Positions 26,147 to 37,865 of a stretch of 64,000 bases of DNA are shown here, in pieces; within the stretch, counting starts at the first letter, position 1, and every line of letters begins with the position of its first letter. Origin of the DNA: a virus (lineage: Duplodnaviria; Heunggongvirae; Uroviricota; Caudoviricetes); the IMG/VR virus record IMGVR_UViG_3300013936_000013, positions 13,246 to 77,245 of that record. One strand, written 5' to 3'. The position numbers and the translations under genes are program-made. The notes under the pieces were generated by a model, which saw nothing but the letters and a program-made list of their open reading frames with translations, searched no databases and had not been told where the DNA came from.

Positions 26147-28767
26147 TGGCACTTGCAGATTTATTGGCTCTTGCGGATTCAAAAGAGTTAAAGAAATAGG
26201 ATTTAACTGAAGAGCGCATTTAGGCTTGTATCCCTGTTTTGCGGTAGTATGTAGCCTTTTGGCGTGAATATCCTGATATTTTTGTTGATTTCCTTTGTGG
26301 TGGAGATAATGCGGGTCCAGAGACCCTGCATTTATTCTTTTACCAAAGAGTATTCTTGCGGGCAGCTATGCGGCATCGTCAAGTCTACGCAACCTTTCCG
26401 CGCGCTTATTCTAAGTCTTTTCTGTCGGTTCTAATTCTAATGTTACGTTGTATTTTGTTCCCTGGCTCTGACTTATTCGTTACTACTGGTGGTAAAGAGC
26501 AAGCTGCAAGTATTACAAAAAGTAAGGTTGAAGAGTTATGTAAATTAATTCCTGGCTTAAAAAATGAGATTAACTGGGACAGAGGACAATCTAAGACTTC
26601 TAAAAATGCTGTTGAATATATTTTTAAAAATGGAAGTAAACTTAATATTCTAGCCGCTACATAGGCATCACGTGGTCAGCGTCGAGTCGGAGGACTAATC
26701 GAGGAGTGTATCTTGGTTGACTAGGATACTCTGAACGAAGTTATCATTCCTACAATGAACGTCGACCGTCGGCTTCCAGATGGCACCCGTCATAAAGAAG
26801 AGGTCACGAACAAATCCCAGATTTATGTCACGACCGCCGGATGGAAGAACTCGTTCGCTGGACTTATTATCGTCATAGGCGAACTAAAACTGTGTGAACT
26901 CTAAAAATAGAGGTGTGAATTAATATTTATTAATTTGCTAATGGTGAAAGTATAATTAGATAATTATATAACGCTATGCCAAGCTATTATAGAAATATAA
27001 TAGAAGGTTCAGAGACTATCGAAAGCTATGTTGCTAAATATAAGTGAGTAGAGTAGGGGTTTAATGAGATGTAAGCCCCCAAGCGCACAGAATCTAAAAA
27101 TTTTTGGACAAAAATAAAAATGAGTGATAAGCAAAAAATCAATTACTTATGAAAGCAAAAATAATCGAAAAATAAAGGAGATTATATTATGGAAGAATGG
27201 AAAGTAATTGATTTTGCAACAAATTATGAAGTGTCTAATCTAGGACACATTAGAAATCGCACTACAAAAAAAGTGTTGAAAGGACGAGATACTAAAAGTG
27301 GTTATCTTCAAGTCTCATTAAAATTAAATAGTACAAATAAATTCTAGAATTAGTATATACATCGTGTAGTTGCTTTGATATGGATCCCTAATCCTGAAGA
27401 AAAAAAAGAAGTAAACCATATTGATGGCAATAAAACTAATAATGAGATTTCTAACCTAGAATGGGTGACAAATAGTGAAAATCAACTTCATAAAACTCAT
27501 ATTTTAAAAAAGACAGTAACAAGCAATAGAAAAATTGGAATGTTCTCTAAAGAAGGAGAACTAATTAAAGAATTTAATTCTGTTGTAGAAGCTGGTGCTT
27601 ATTTTGGGAAAAGCAGAATCAATATTGATAATGCTTTAAAGCATAAGCAGAATTAGCAAACTGCTTATGGATTTGTTTGGAAATATTTAGATTAAGAAAT
27701 AGTCCATTTTATAAAACTATAAAATATATGAAAAATTAATCGAGACCCTTGTTAAATAGGTGCTAAATCCAGGCGAAGCTATGATCTTGGGCGGTACTTA
27801 TAAAATTCCAGTTATGGAAGAATTATTAAGCAAGAGCTTCGTTCAAGACCTAAAGTTAGACGGCACTTATAACGATTCTTCGTTTTCAAGAGAATATGAA
27901 TCTGAGTGGTCTGGCGATGCAGAAAATGCATTCTTCTCAGCTGAAACATTTGATAAATATAGAGTGTTATTATAGCCTGAGTATGAATCTAGTGGACGCT
28001 CTTCTAAAAATGCTTATTATATTCTTGGAGTTGACGTTGGTCGTATCGGATGCACAACTGAGGTATGTGTCATCAAGGTAACCCCGCAACCGCAAGGCTC
28101 AGCATTAAAATCCTTAGTTAATATTTACACTTGGGAAGAAGAAGATTTTGAAGCTCAAGCTATCAATCTAAAGAAACTTTATTATAAATATAAAGCAAGA
28201 TAGATTGTTATTGATGCTAATGGTTTAGGTGTTGGTCTAGTTGACTTTATGACAAAAGTATAGATTGATAATGAGACAGGCGATGAGCTTCCAGCTTTCG
28301 GTGTTTCAGGAGGCACTGCCGCAGATACAAATGATTTGTATAAAAAGATTCGTGGTGCTGATGTAGAAGAAAACGCTATGTATTTAATGAAAGCTAATGC
28401 ACCCATCAACACTGAAGCGCATACCTATGTTTAGACTTAGCTTTCTAGCGGACGTGTAAAATTCTTAATTGATGAGAACTAGGCTCAAGTTAAATTAATG
28501 TCTACTAAAGTTGGTCAATAGATGGATGCAGATAAGCGGGCAGAGCATTTGAAGCCATTTACTTTAACTACAATTCTTCGTGAATAGATGCTTAATCTAG
28601 TGGAAGAAAATGAAGGCGTTAATATCATCTTAAAGCAGTCTTCCCGCGGTATTAAGAAAGATAAATTCTCAGCTTTTGAATATGGTATGTATTATATCAA
28701 ATTAGAAGAAGAGAAACGCCGTAAACATAAGGCATCCCGCCTATCAGATTTTATGTTCTTTACTTAA
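26146..28767 (+). CDS. terL: Terminase large subunit, join(26146..26859,27727..28767), code 15, 584 aa
   Basis: ATPase PRAYSKSF and LIEEC, YVTTAG; nuclease ILGVDVGR, IVIDANGLG, KKDKFSA; exons join in frame as TTAGWKNSFA|YEKLIE. Confidence 0.9.
26860..27726 (+). mobile_element. Group I self-splicing intron in terL
   Basis: P1: exon GTTCGCT pairs with GGCGAAC (26878-26884) with U.G at the splice site. P10: TCATA (26873-26877) pairs with exon TATGA. P7: GACTAT (27014-27019) with ATAGTC (27699-27704). P9 hairpin 27706-27725. Confidence 0.9.
27189..27695 (+). CDS. Intron-encoded NUMOD4-HNH homing endonuclease (I-HmuI-like; code 15, 168 aa)
   Basis: MEEWKVI..YEVSNLGHIRN (NUMOD4), IHRVVA, VNHIDGNKTNNEISNLEWVT (HNH), C-terminal NUMOD1-like AYGFVWKY; 3 TAG; TAA overlaps the intron S element. 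Confidence 0.9.
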
Positions 28768-28837
28768 TAAGGACAAAAAATAAAAATTCATAGAAAGAGT
28801 TTTTAATATATAAATAGAAACAGAAAGGAGGAAGAGT

Positions 28838-29194
28838 ATGAGAGCTTCAAGAGGTGAAATTAAGATTGAAGAAATTCTTAAGATGGCTGGTCTTGATTTT
28901 GAAGAAGAGTACACTTTTCCAGACCTAGTAAGTTCTTCTGGTCATCCTTTACGTTTTGACTTTTGTGTTTTTGACGATAATAAAGATATAGATTTCTTGA
29001 TTGAGTTTCAAGGAATCTAGCATTATGAGCCACGCAGTAAATTTGGCGGGTTCGAAGGCTTGCGGAAGCAACAGTATAATGATATGTAGAAGCGAGTCTA
29101 TTGTGATAAACACGGATTAAAGCTAGTAATTATTCCTTATACCGATGAAGCGCGTGTGAATTATGATTATATTATGCGTGCGGCTGGGTATTAA
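28838..29194 (+). CDS. PD-(D/E)xK / Vsr-like (DUF559-like) endonuclease (code 15, 118 aa)
   Basis: SRGE..I, LRFDF, IEFQGI(TAG)HY, KRVYC...LVIIPY. Confidence 0.8.
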
Positions 29195-29265
29195 ATAAAA
29201 ATCCTAGTTTTAAATAAAAGTTGACTAGAAAGAAATTTTGTGATATACTAATTTAGAAAGGTAAG

Positions 29266-30885
29266 GTGTCATACTTGATAAATAGAGTACAAGAAATCAA
29301 GAAAAAAGGTTTTTCTATGACTCCAGCAGACACCGAAAATATTAATCCTTTTGTTCCAGTAGACTTTTCTAAGGTGCAAATTGGTACTAAGAAAGTCGAA
29401 GATGCAATTTATGAATTAGGTGATTTTAAGAAAGCAAATCCGCGCTTTGGCGATAAGAAAGTTGTTCTTGATGCTATTTAGCGTAGTGATTATAACCTAA
29501 TGCGAGATATATCAAATTTCTATTATAAGACAAGTGGTATCTATAATAGATTATGTCGTTATATGGCATATATGTATAGATATGATTGGTATGTTACTCC
29601 TTATATTAATTCAGATTCAGCTAAAGATGAGAAGGTATTAGATGGCTTCAATAAAACTTTAATGTATCTTGATAATTTTGGAGCAAAAAAATTCTTTGGT
29701 GAAGCTGCTCTTAAAGTACTAAGAAATGGTGCTTATTATGGTTATATCACAAAGAACGCAGATAGACCTACCATTTAGGAGCTTCCACCTAAGTATTGCC
29801 GCTCTCGTTTTACTGCGGCGACAGGATAGCCACTTGTTGAATTCAATATGAGATTCTTTGATGACTATTTTAGCACTGCCGCACAAAAGCAAAAGATGCT
29901 AGAGGTATTCCCGCCAGAATTTAAAAAAGGTTATGCTTTATATAAACAGAATAAGTTACCGCCAGATTTTGCAGGAGATACTTCAGGATGGTATTTATTA
30001 GATGCTGAGAGTGCTATAAAATTTAATATTAATGGAGAAGATTTTCCAGCTTTTATTTCTGTTATTCCTTCTATTATTGCTCTTGATGAAGCATAGGGAT
30101 TAGATAGAAAAAAGATGGAACAATAGCTATTAAAGATTATTATTCAAAAAATGCCAATGGATAAAAATGGTGATTTAATCTTTGATGTAGATGAAGCAAG
30201 AGAGCTACATAACAATGCGGTTCGTATGCTTGGTCGTGCTATTGGTATTGATGTTCTTACCACTTTTGCTGATGTTGAAGTTGCAGATATGCATAGCACA
30301 AGTGCAACGAATGCAGACGACAAGAGTATGGATAGAGTTAAATCAGCTATTTATGATTAGGCTGGTGTTTCTTAGATGCAATTTAATACTGATGGTAATA
30401 TTGCTCTTGAGAAGTCTATTTTGAATGATGAAGCATCAATGTACAATCTTGTTCAGCAGTTTGAACAATTCCTTAATATTCTAATTAAAGATTTTAATAA
30501 GAGTCCTAAAAAAATTTATTATAAAGTGCAAATTTTGGGCACAACCATTTATAATTATAAAGATTTATCTAAATTATATAAGGAACAAACTCAATTAGGC
30601 TATTCTAAAATGTTGCCACAAATTGCTTTAGGTCAATCTCAAAGTTCTATTTTAGCAACTGCTCATTTTGAAAATGATATTCTAGACCTTGTTTCTACTT
30701 TTATTCCACCTATGTAGTCTAGTACTATGAACGCTGATGCAATTAAGCAGAGAAATGGCGGCAATAATGAAAGTAAAAATAATGGAAATAATGCTAGTGA
30801 TAATGGTAATGGTAGACCTACTAAGGAATCTTAGGGAGAAGCTGTTGCTGAAAAGACAATGCAGAATAGAGAAAGTGCAAAATAA
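29266..30885 (+). CDS. Portal protein (code 15, about 539 aa)
   Basis: Five track fragments in one frame joined by TAG; position between terminase and protease; C-terminal low-complexity tail with GRP motif; ends TAA. Confidence 0.8.
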
Positions 30886-30902
30886 GAGAAAGGAGATAAA
30901 TA

Positions 30903-32300
30903 ATGCATATTAGTGTAGCAACAATAGATTCTCCAGAATTTATTAATTTACAGCCTATGGATATTAATCCATTTATGTCAAGTTGTGACATTAAGGTTTT
31001 ATATCTTGGAGAAAATAGAAATCATAGCTATATTACAAAAGAAGTAGCTACTGATATGGCTAAAACTTTGCGGGGAGCCCCGATTGTTGGATACTTTAAA
31101 TCTGAGAAAGATGACTTTGCAGACCACGGTCAGTAGATGGTTATTGATGATGAAGGTATCAAGTTTAATTGTTTGACAAAGCCTTATGGTTTCGTAGCTC
31201 CTGACGCAAAAGTTTGGTTCCAAAAATTTGAAGATAAAGATGATTTTGGGAACAGTATTACTAGAGAGTATCTTATGACTACTGGCTATCTTTGGACTCA
31301 TCAGTTTGAAGAAGCTAAAAAGGCGGTTGAGGGTGAAGGCCGCCCTCAGTCTATGGAGTTAGATAATGATACTCTTGATGGAAAATGGTCAACAAATGTT
31401 AATACTGGTGTTGACTTTTTCATTATTAATGACGCAATTTTTACAAAACTGTGTATTCTAGGTGAAGATGTTGAGCCTTGCTTTGAAGGTGCTAGTGTTA
31501 CTGCCCCTGATGTAAGTACTCATTTCACTAAAATGGATGATAGTTTTACTCAAACGTTATTTACTATGATGCAAGATTTGAAGAAGATTGTATCAGAAGG
31601 AGGATAGAACATGGCTTTAGATAATACCACTAATCCAGTAATGGATGAAGGCAAGCCTGCTACAAATTTTTCTGAAAATGGGGACAATTCTAATTCAGTA
31701 AATCCCGCAGAAAATAATAATAATACAGAAGGCTCAGCAGATACCAGCTTTGCTAAGAAAGATGATCCTGAGAAGAAGGATGATAATAGCGAAGATGATG
31801 GTAAGAATGCGGATGACGAAGGTGATAAGAAGCCTGCATCTAAGGATGAAGGCGAGAAAGACCAGAAGCCCGCCGATGAAGATAAGAAGAAAGCAGAAAA
31901 GTATGACCTACTTGTTGCTGAGCATGAAGATCTTCAGACTAAGTTCACTGAGTTGCAGACCAAGTTTGATGCTTTGACTGCACAGTGCATAGAGTTAACT
32001 GCTTTTAAGAAGTCTATTGATGATACTAAAAAGAAAGAACTTATTGATAGCTTCTATATGTTGTCAGATGAGGATAAGGCAGATGTAAATGAGCATTTTG
32101 ATACTTATTCTTATGATGATATTAAAAAGAATCTGTCTGTTATTTGTTTTGAGAAGAAAGTTAGCTTCACCGCAAATGAAGATGAGACAGAGAAGAAGGA
32201 AAATCCTTCAATGACATTTAATTTAAATGATAATGGGGATAGTAGTGTTCCGGCTTGGCTTAGTGCTTTGAAGAATACTCGCGACGCCCATAAGGTTTAA
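30903..32300 (+). CDS. Prohead protease fused to scaffold (code 15, 465 aa) with an internal scaffold start at 31611
   Basis: GENRNHS, PIVG, PYGFV, SMEL, CILGEDVEPCFEG protease motifs; in-frame TAG at 31134 and 31605; AGGAGG then ATG 31611; acidic/coiled-coil scaffold ends TAA. Confidence 0.8.
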
Positions 32301-32316
32301 GGAGGAAATATAAACT

Positions 32317-32895
32317 ATGGCTACTATTAGTAGAATTGGTTTTGGTCAGGTAGAGCCGAATCATCTGTCTGCCCAGAGAACCGCACAGATTTATGCACAG
32401 CTTCCTGCCAAGTCTGATATTGACATTCTAGAGAATGGTCAGTTTGTAAAGTATGATTACGCTGAGGGCGTTTGCGACTTTGCTGGCGAAGGCGAGTGGA
32501 TGCTAGTTTACAATGAAGTTAAGCTGTATGATGACTTCTGGAGAGAGACTTATAAGGACTTTGCCCTGATTAAGGATCACTACACTCCTGGCGATAATGA
32601 GATCACTCACGATGGTCTTGGTCCTTTCCCTGGTCAGATGACTCCTCGTGTATTTAAGACCAATGTTGGTGATATTTTTACTACTAACTGTGTTGGTGCT
32701 GGTAATACCGATGGTAAGGCTAAGTATGCTGGTATTGAACTAGCTGACAAGGACTTGCTAAAGATTAATGATAAGGGCTTCTTTGAGAAAGTTGAGAAGC
32801 AGGCTGCTGCAACTGAAGCTATGCTATGGTAGGTCGCTAAGGTTACTACTATGCCTGATGGTCAGCCCGCAGTAAAAGTTCAGCGTATTCGCTAA
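32317..32895 (+). CDS. Capsid-associated (decoration/stabilising) protein (code 15, 192 aa)
   Basis: GFGQVEPNHLSAQRTAQIYAQLP; one TAG at 32830; directly upstream of the major capsid gene. Confidence 0.7.
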
Positions 32896-32918
32896 TTTAA
32901 AGAAGGAGGAAAAGAATA

Positions 32919-33962
32919 ATGGCTTTAGATACTAAAAATCTTTTGGCTCTTGCCAAGGCAACTGCAAATGCTAATCCGACTTCTATGACTTCTTATTCTT
33001 TCAATATTGATGGTAAGAATGAGTCTTTTAGCTATGCTGATTTGAATAACACTCTTCGCTCAGAGTTAAATGAGCTATGTGGTAATGGCAACTATTACCA
33101 GTTCCAGGCTAATCAGAATACTATTTTCTCTCTGATGGCTCAGACTATTGATGATGTTCTTCCTAAGAAAGTTCTTGAACAGTATGGCGCTTTTGCTGAG
33201 GTTAAGAACTTTGCTCAGGGCGACCGTCCTATTTTCACTCAGAAGATTACTGTTGCGGCTAAGCGTCGTGCAAAGCAGTTTATTACTAAGGTCGGTCTGA
33301 ATGGTATTTACGAAGTCTTTAAGCTGGATGGTAAGAGCTTCGAAGTGAAGACCAGTGCATTTGGCGGAGCTGCTCAGATTGCATTCGAGGAGTTCCTAGA
33401 TGGCCGTGTTCAGATGTCTGATGTTCTGGATATCGTTTACGAGGGTCTAGATGAAGCAGTTTATCTGGAGATTGAGCGTGCTTTGAAGGCAACTGTTACT
33501 AGCCTGCCTGCCGCAAATGTTCATACTGATACTGCCTTCAAGGAAGCTGAGATGGATAAGCTGATTAGCGTAGCTGATTCTTATGGCAAGGCAGTTATCT
33601 ACTGCACTTATGAATTCGCTGCTACTATGGTTCCTGCAGAGGGCTGGGTTTCTGAGAACATGAAGGACCAGAAGTGGAATAATGGCTACCTAGGCAACTA
33701 TAAGGGTCATCAGGTTATCGTTCTGAATCAGTCTTATGAAGATGAGACCAATAGTAAGAAGGTTATCGACCCTGCTTATGCTTGGATTATTCCTACTGGC
33801 GCACAGAAGCCTATTAAGATTGCTTTTGAAGGTCAGACTATTGTTCAGAATATCACTAACCGTGACCAGTCTATGGAAATCCAGATGTACAAGAAGTTTG
33901 GTGTTGGTACTATCGTAACTAACAACATCTGTGTCTATAAGAACTCTAGCCTAACCCGCTAA
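32919..33962 (+). CDS. Major capsid protein (347 aa)
   Basis: Position after scaffold; size; strong codon bias; no TAG; followed by terminator. Confidence 0.85.
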   Translation: MALDTKNLLALAKATANANPTSMTSYSFNIDGKNESFSYADLNNTLRSELNELCGNGNYYQFQANQNTIFSLMAQTIDDVLPKKVLEQYGAFAEVKNFAQGDRPIFTQKITVAAKRRAKQFITKVGLNGIYEVFKLDGKSFEVKTSAFGGAAQIAFEEFLDGRVQMSDVLDIVYEGLDEAVYLEIERALKATVTSLPAANVHTDTAFKEAEMDKLISVADSYGKAVIYCTYEFAATMVPAEGWVSENMKDQKWNNGYLGNYKGHQVIVLNQSYEDETNSKKVIDPAYAWIIPTGAQKPIKIAFEGQTIVQNITNRDQSMEIQMYKKFGVGTIVTNNICVYKNSSLTR

Positions 33963-33981
33963 TTAAATATAGATAACTTGT

Positions 33982-34028
33982 ATGGGGAGATAATAATTTA
34001 ATAAGGTTATTATCTCCCCATTTTTTTT
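33982..34028 (+). terminator. Intrinsic terminator after major capsid gene
   Basis: ATGGGGAGATAATAA...TTATTATCTCCCCAT plus T-run. Confidence 0.85.
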
Positions 34029-34056
34029 ATATGAGATAAAAGGAGATAAATTGAAT

Positions 34057-34632
34057 ATGTTGGATAAAAGTACTGTGATTAAAGTCACAAATAGAGATGC
34101 TGGTAGCGTTGGATATACTGTACCAGATTTGCGCATTGAGCGTTAGTATCAGAAAGGTGAGACTAAGGAAGTTACTATGGAAGAGCTTCGTAAGCTGTCT
34201 TACTTGCCTGGCGGTGACTATATTATTAGAAATTGTTTGTAGATTGATAATGAAGATGCCGTTACTGAACTTTTAGGCGATGATGTCCAGCCAGAATATT
34301 ATTATACTGAAGCTGAAGTTCGTGAATTACTAATTGGTTCTGGCACTCTTGACCAGTTACAGGATTGTCTTGATTTTGCTCCTGCTGGTGTTATTGACAT
34401 GATTAAAGATATTGCAGTTAAGGAAGAAATTAATGATATTTCTAAGCGTAAAGCTATTTATGACAAAACTGGTTTTAATGTAGATTCTGCCGTTATGATT
34501 AAGCATGAAACTGAAGCAGAAGAGACTAAGGAAGAGACTTCTGGTCGTCGTGCAGCTCCTATTAAGAAAGCAGAGACTACAACTCCAACTCGTAAGGCAG
34601 CTCCTATTCAGAAATATAATGTAGTAAAGTAA
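34057..34632 (+). CDS. Hypothetical head-region protein (code 15, 191 aa)
   Basis: AAGGAG RBS; TAG read-through joins the 34399 fragment; ends TAA. Confidence 0.75.
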
Positions 34633-34649
34633 TTAAGTGGAGGTGTATT

Positions 34650-35243
34650 ATGTCAAATGTAACTAGTACACCTTTTTCTTATATTTATGATAGCTTTTTA
34701 TCTAAGATTACAGATGATATGTACATGGAACTAACTGAACTAGATACATATCAGTTATTAGAAGAATTATTAATTTCTGCAATTTAGAAATTTGAATTTC
34801 CAAGAGTAGATTTAACTGAATATGAATTAGTATCTATCACTGATGAAATTAAATATACTGGTGCAGAGAGCGGCTAGGAAGAGGTTCCCGCCATTTTATA
34901 CGAAGGTGGATCTTTTACAAACACCTTAACCGCAGAAGAAATTAATATTCTTGCAACATATATGGTAGTTGAATGGCTAGGACAATAGCTAGCTAGCGTT
35001 GAAAATACTAGAATGAAATATTCTGGTAGCGATTTTAAATTTACTTCTCAAGCTAACCATATGCAGAAATTACTCTAGTTAAAGAAAGATTATGAAAGAG
35101 AAGGTTTTCATCTTCAGAGACTTTATAAAAGACGTCAAAAGGATTCTGAAACTAATGTGTATAAGTCTACTTTTGGCTCAATTATGTTTACTGAAGATGA
35201 GTTGAAAGATGCTTTACCTGAAAAATGGAATAGCAATTTCTGA
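34650..35243 (+). CDS. Putative head-tail connector/adaptor (code 15, 197 aa)
   Basis: GGAGGTG RBS; 4 TAG; YSGSDFKFTSQANH motif; synteny. Confidence 0.65.
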
Positions 35244-35538
35244 AGATACCCTTAGCAGTAATTTAACTAGATTAATTAATTAGATATATAAGCTATTACC
35301 AAATAGAGAAGAAGGTTTAGATTGGATAAAACCTTTAGATAGTATCACTGAAGAACTTGCGGGAATGGGAGATTTGTTAAATTCTGAATAGAGTAGTTTT
35401 TTTTAGCTACTATGTAAATTAAAAGGACTTAAATCTCTTTCTTCTGATGAAGATTTTGCATTATATAGACGCATTATCTTTGAATGTTTATCTTTACTAA
35501 ATGGAATAAAGGAGTCGCTATGTCAATAGAAACATTAA
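35209..35538 (+). CDS. Hypothetical protein (code 15, 109 aa)
   Basis: Manual read-through starting MLYLKNGIAISEDTLSSNLTRLIN(TAG)IYKLLP; overlaps both neighbours. Confidence 0.6.
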
Positions 35539-36497
35539 ATAAAAGATTAAACTATCGCGGCGGCTCTGCTCAAAACCGAATGGTTCAAGATAAAAGAAAT
35601 TCTTTAGCAAAACCGCTTATTTATTCATATCAAAGCATGACCGCAGAATTTGCGGATGGACGTAGGTTTAGAGCTCTTATGAATAAGAACAAAGAAACTA
35701 TGGATTATTACGATTAGATTCTTTCTATTCCATATAAAGATATATGTCTTAATCCTGAGGTCAGCCGTCATGAAAAAACTTCTGAAGGACAAGAAGAAAC
35801 TGGAATTAAAGTTGGAGATACTTTTACTTGGGTAGAAACAAATACTCACTGGATTGTTTATAGTTAGAACCTAAATGAAGCTGCATATTTTACTGGAAAC
35901 GCGCGTTTGTGTGAGTAGACTATTGAAATTAATGGTCATAAATATTGGGTCTATATCCGTGGTCCAGTAGAAACAGATATTCCATGGAATCAAAAAGGTG
36001 GAATCAACTGGAATGATGGAAACTATTCCTTAATTATGTTCGTAACTAAAAATGAGGAAACCGCAGAGTATTTTCATAGATTCACAAAAGTAGATATTAC
36101 TGATGAATTTGGTAAAACACAAAAATGGGAAGTTGCCAGTTAGAACCCTTATTACGGAACTGGAATTATATAGGTTTGTTTAAATGAAACCTTTAACAAT
36201 GAAATCGAAGATGCTGTAAAAAATAAAGATTCTGAAACAGAAATTGAGAAAGATAAACCTTATATCAATGGTCCCACAAAAGCCACATTGTATGATACTG
36301 TTACTTACACTATTGTAAATCTAACTGGCGGCGAGTGGCTTATAAAAGAAAATGGCAGTGAAGAAAAGGCTCTTAAAATTACAGATGCCTCTATTTCACT
36401 AGATATTACAAATAAAAAGTGTGGCGGTTTCTAGGTTATATACCGCAACTATGCCGTAGATGATGTGACTCTAGACGTCTAGATCGCCGCATTCTAA
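35520..36497 (+). CDS. Putative head closure protein (code 15, 325 aa)
   Basis: AAGGAG RBS; TAG read-through to TAA; synteny. Confidence 0.65.
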
Positions 36498-36513
36498 AGA
36501 GAGGAGATAAATA

Positions 36514-37101
36514 ATGCCTGTAAAAGAAACAAATCTTATTATGAAAGCTAAAGATTTTCAATCTTCTTTCCTCTCTTGCCCTAAGGATATTGAAGAAATC
36601 CTTAGAAAATTATTTTTATCAAGTAAACCTTTTAGTGATGATTTGAAACGTTTACTTGTTATTAATACTAAAGATTGTTTAGATAATAAAACTGAACCTT
36701 TATATACTCAAAAAATAAATGCAATGTCTCTAGCCAAACTGAGATAGGATGAATACATTAAGTTAGAACCTAAGATTAAAATTCCTGAGCATGAGGAAGT
36801 AAAAAGTTATATTATTATTTCTGTTGACAATTTTACTCCTAATGCTAGTAATCCTTATTATCTTGATTATACCATTAGTTTTGATATTATATCCAATCTT
36901 GACTATTGGGATATTGGTAATTTTAGATTAAGACCTTTAATGATTGCGGGTTATATTGATGGGATCCTTAATGGTAGCCGCCTGTCTGGTATTGGTTAGC
37001 TTTAGAAAGTTACTATGAAAGAGTTAATTCTTGATGAGAATTTTGCTGGATATAGTTTAACTTATAAAGCAATCCATGGAAGCGAGGATAAGAAGTCTTG
37101 A
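36514..37101 (+). CDS. Putative tail terminator protein (code 15, 195 aa)
   Basis: GAGGAG RBS; read-through to a TGA overlapping the next TTG; synteny. Confidence 0.6.
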
Positions 37102-37841
37102 TTACAGCAGATGATCTCTTGCTTTTGTCAGGAAATGACATACCTTTTATGAAAGCAGAGGTCAACATTCATCAACCAACAATAAGAGAAATTGCATATA
37201 TTAATGAAGAAAATTTCTTTATAGGTTGTTCGTTACTTTGTTTTGATAAAGAACAATTAACAACGAAGGACAGAAATAATTTATCTTCACAATCTAATTT
37301 TGATATTATTATGTCAATAATGTTAGACAAACAGATGGGGCGGGAAAATGGTGAAAGTGCTTTTTTGATACTTACAATGATTTTTCCGAAATATCAAATT
37401 TAGCTCTCTAAATAGGCAATTATGCTAATTGATGAAGAGCAAAAACCCCATTTCTTAAACAATGATAATTTTTCAGATTTTTAGAGAATTTTGACTGATA
37501 TGTTCTGTCTAAAATCAAAAGAAAAAGAGTATAATTTTGGCAAGGGTAAAATGTCTCAATAGATTGCGGATAAGCTGAAAGAGCGCGATAAACGCTTAAA
37601 AGAGTTGAAACCCGCAAATGAGAAAATAGCAGTTTTTTCAAGATTTATCTCTACTTTGGCTGTTGGCGAAAGTAAGGATATGAATCAATTATTTAATTAT
37701 ACTGTTTATTAGCTTTTTGATGAATATGATAGATTTATCTTAAAAGATGCATGGGATTCTCATGTTTCGATAATCCTAGCTGGCGGTAAGCCTGATAGTC
37801 AAGAACAGCCTGAAAACTGGAAAAAAGATATTCATGTATAA
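37098..37841 (+). CDS. Hypothetical tail-region protein (code 15, 247 aa)
   Basis: Read-through to TAA; AGGAGG RBS of the tail gene follows. Confidence 0.65.
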
Positions 37842-37865
37842 TTTTTTCAAGGAGGATATATACCT

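Noticed and set aside
26860-27726. Intein or free-standing HNH insertion in terL
   Set aside because: The insert has in-frame TAA stops and its own HEG start, and shows group I P1/P7/P9/P10 pairings.
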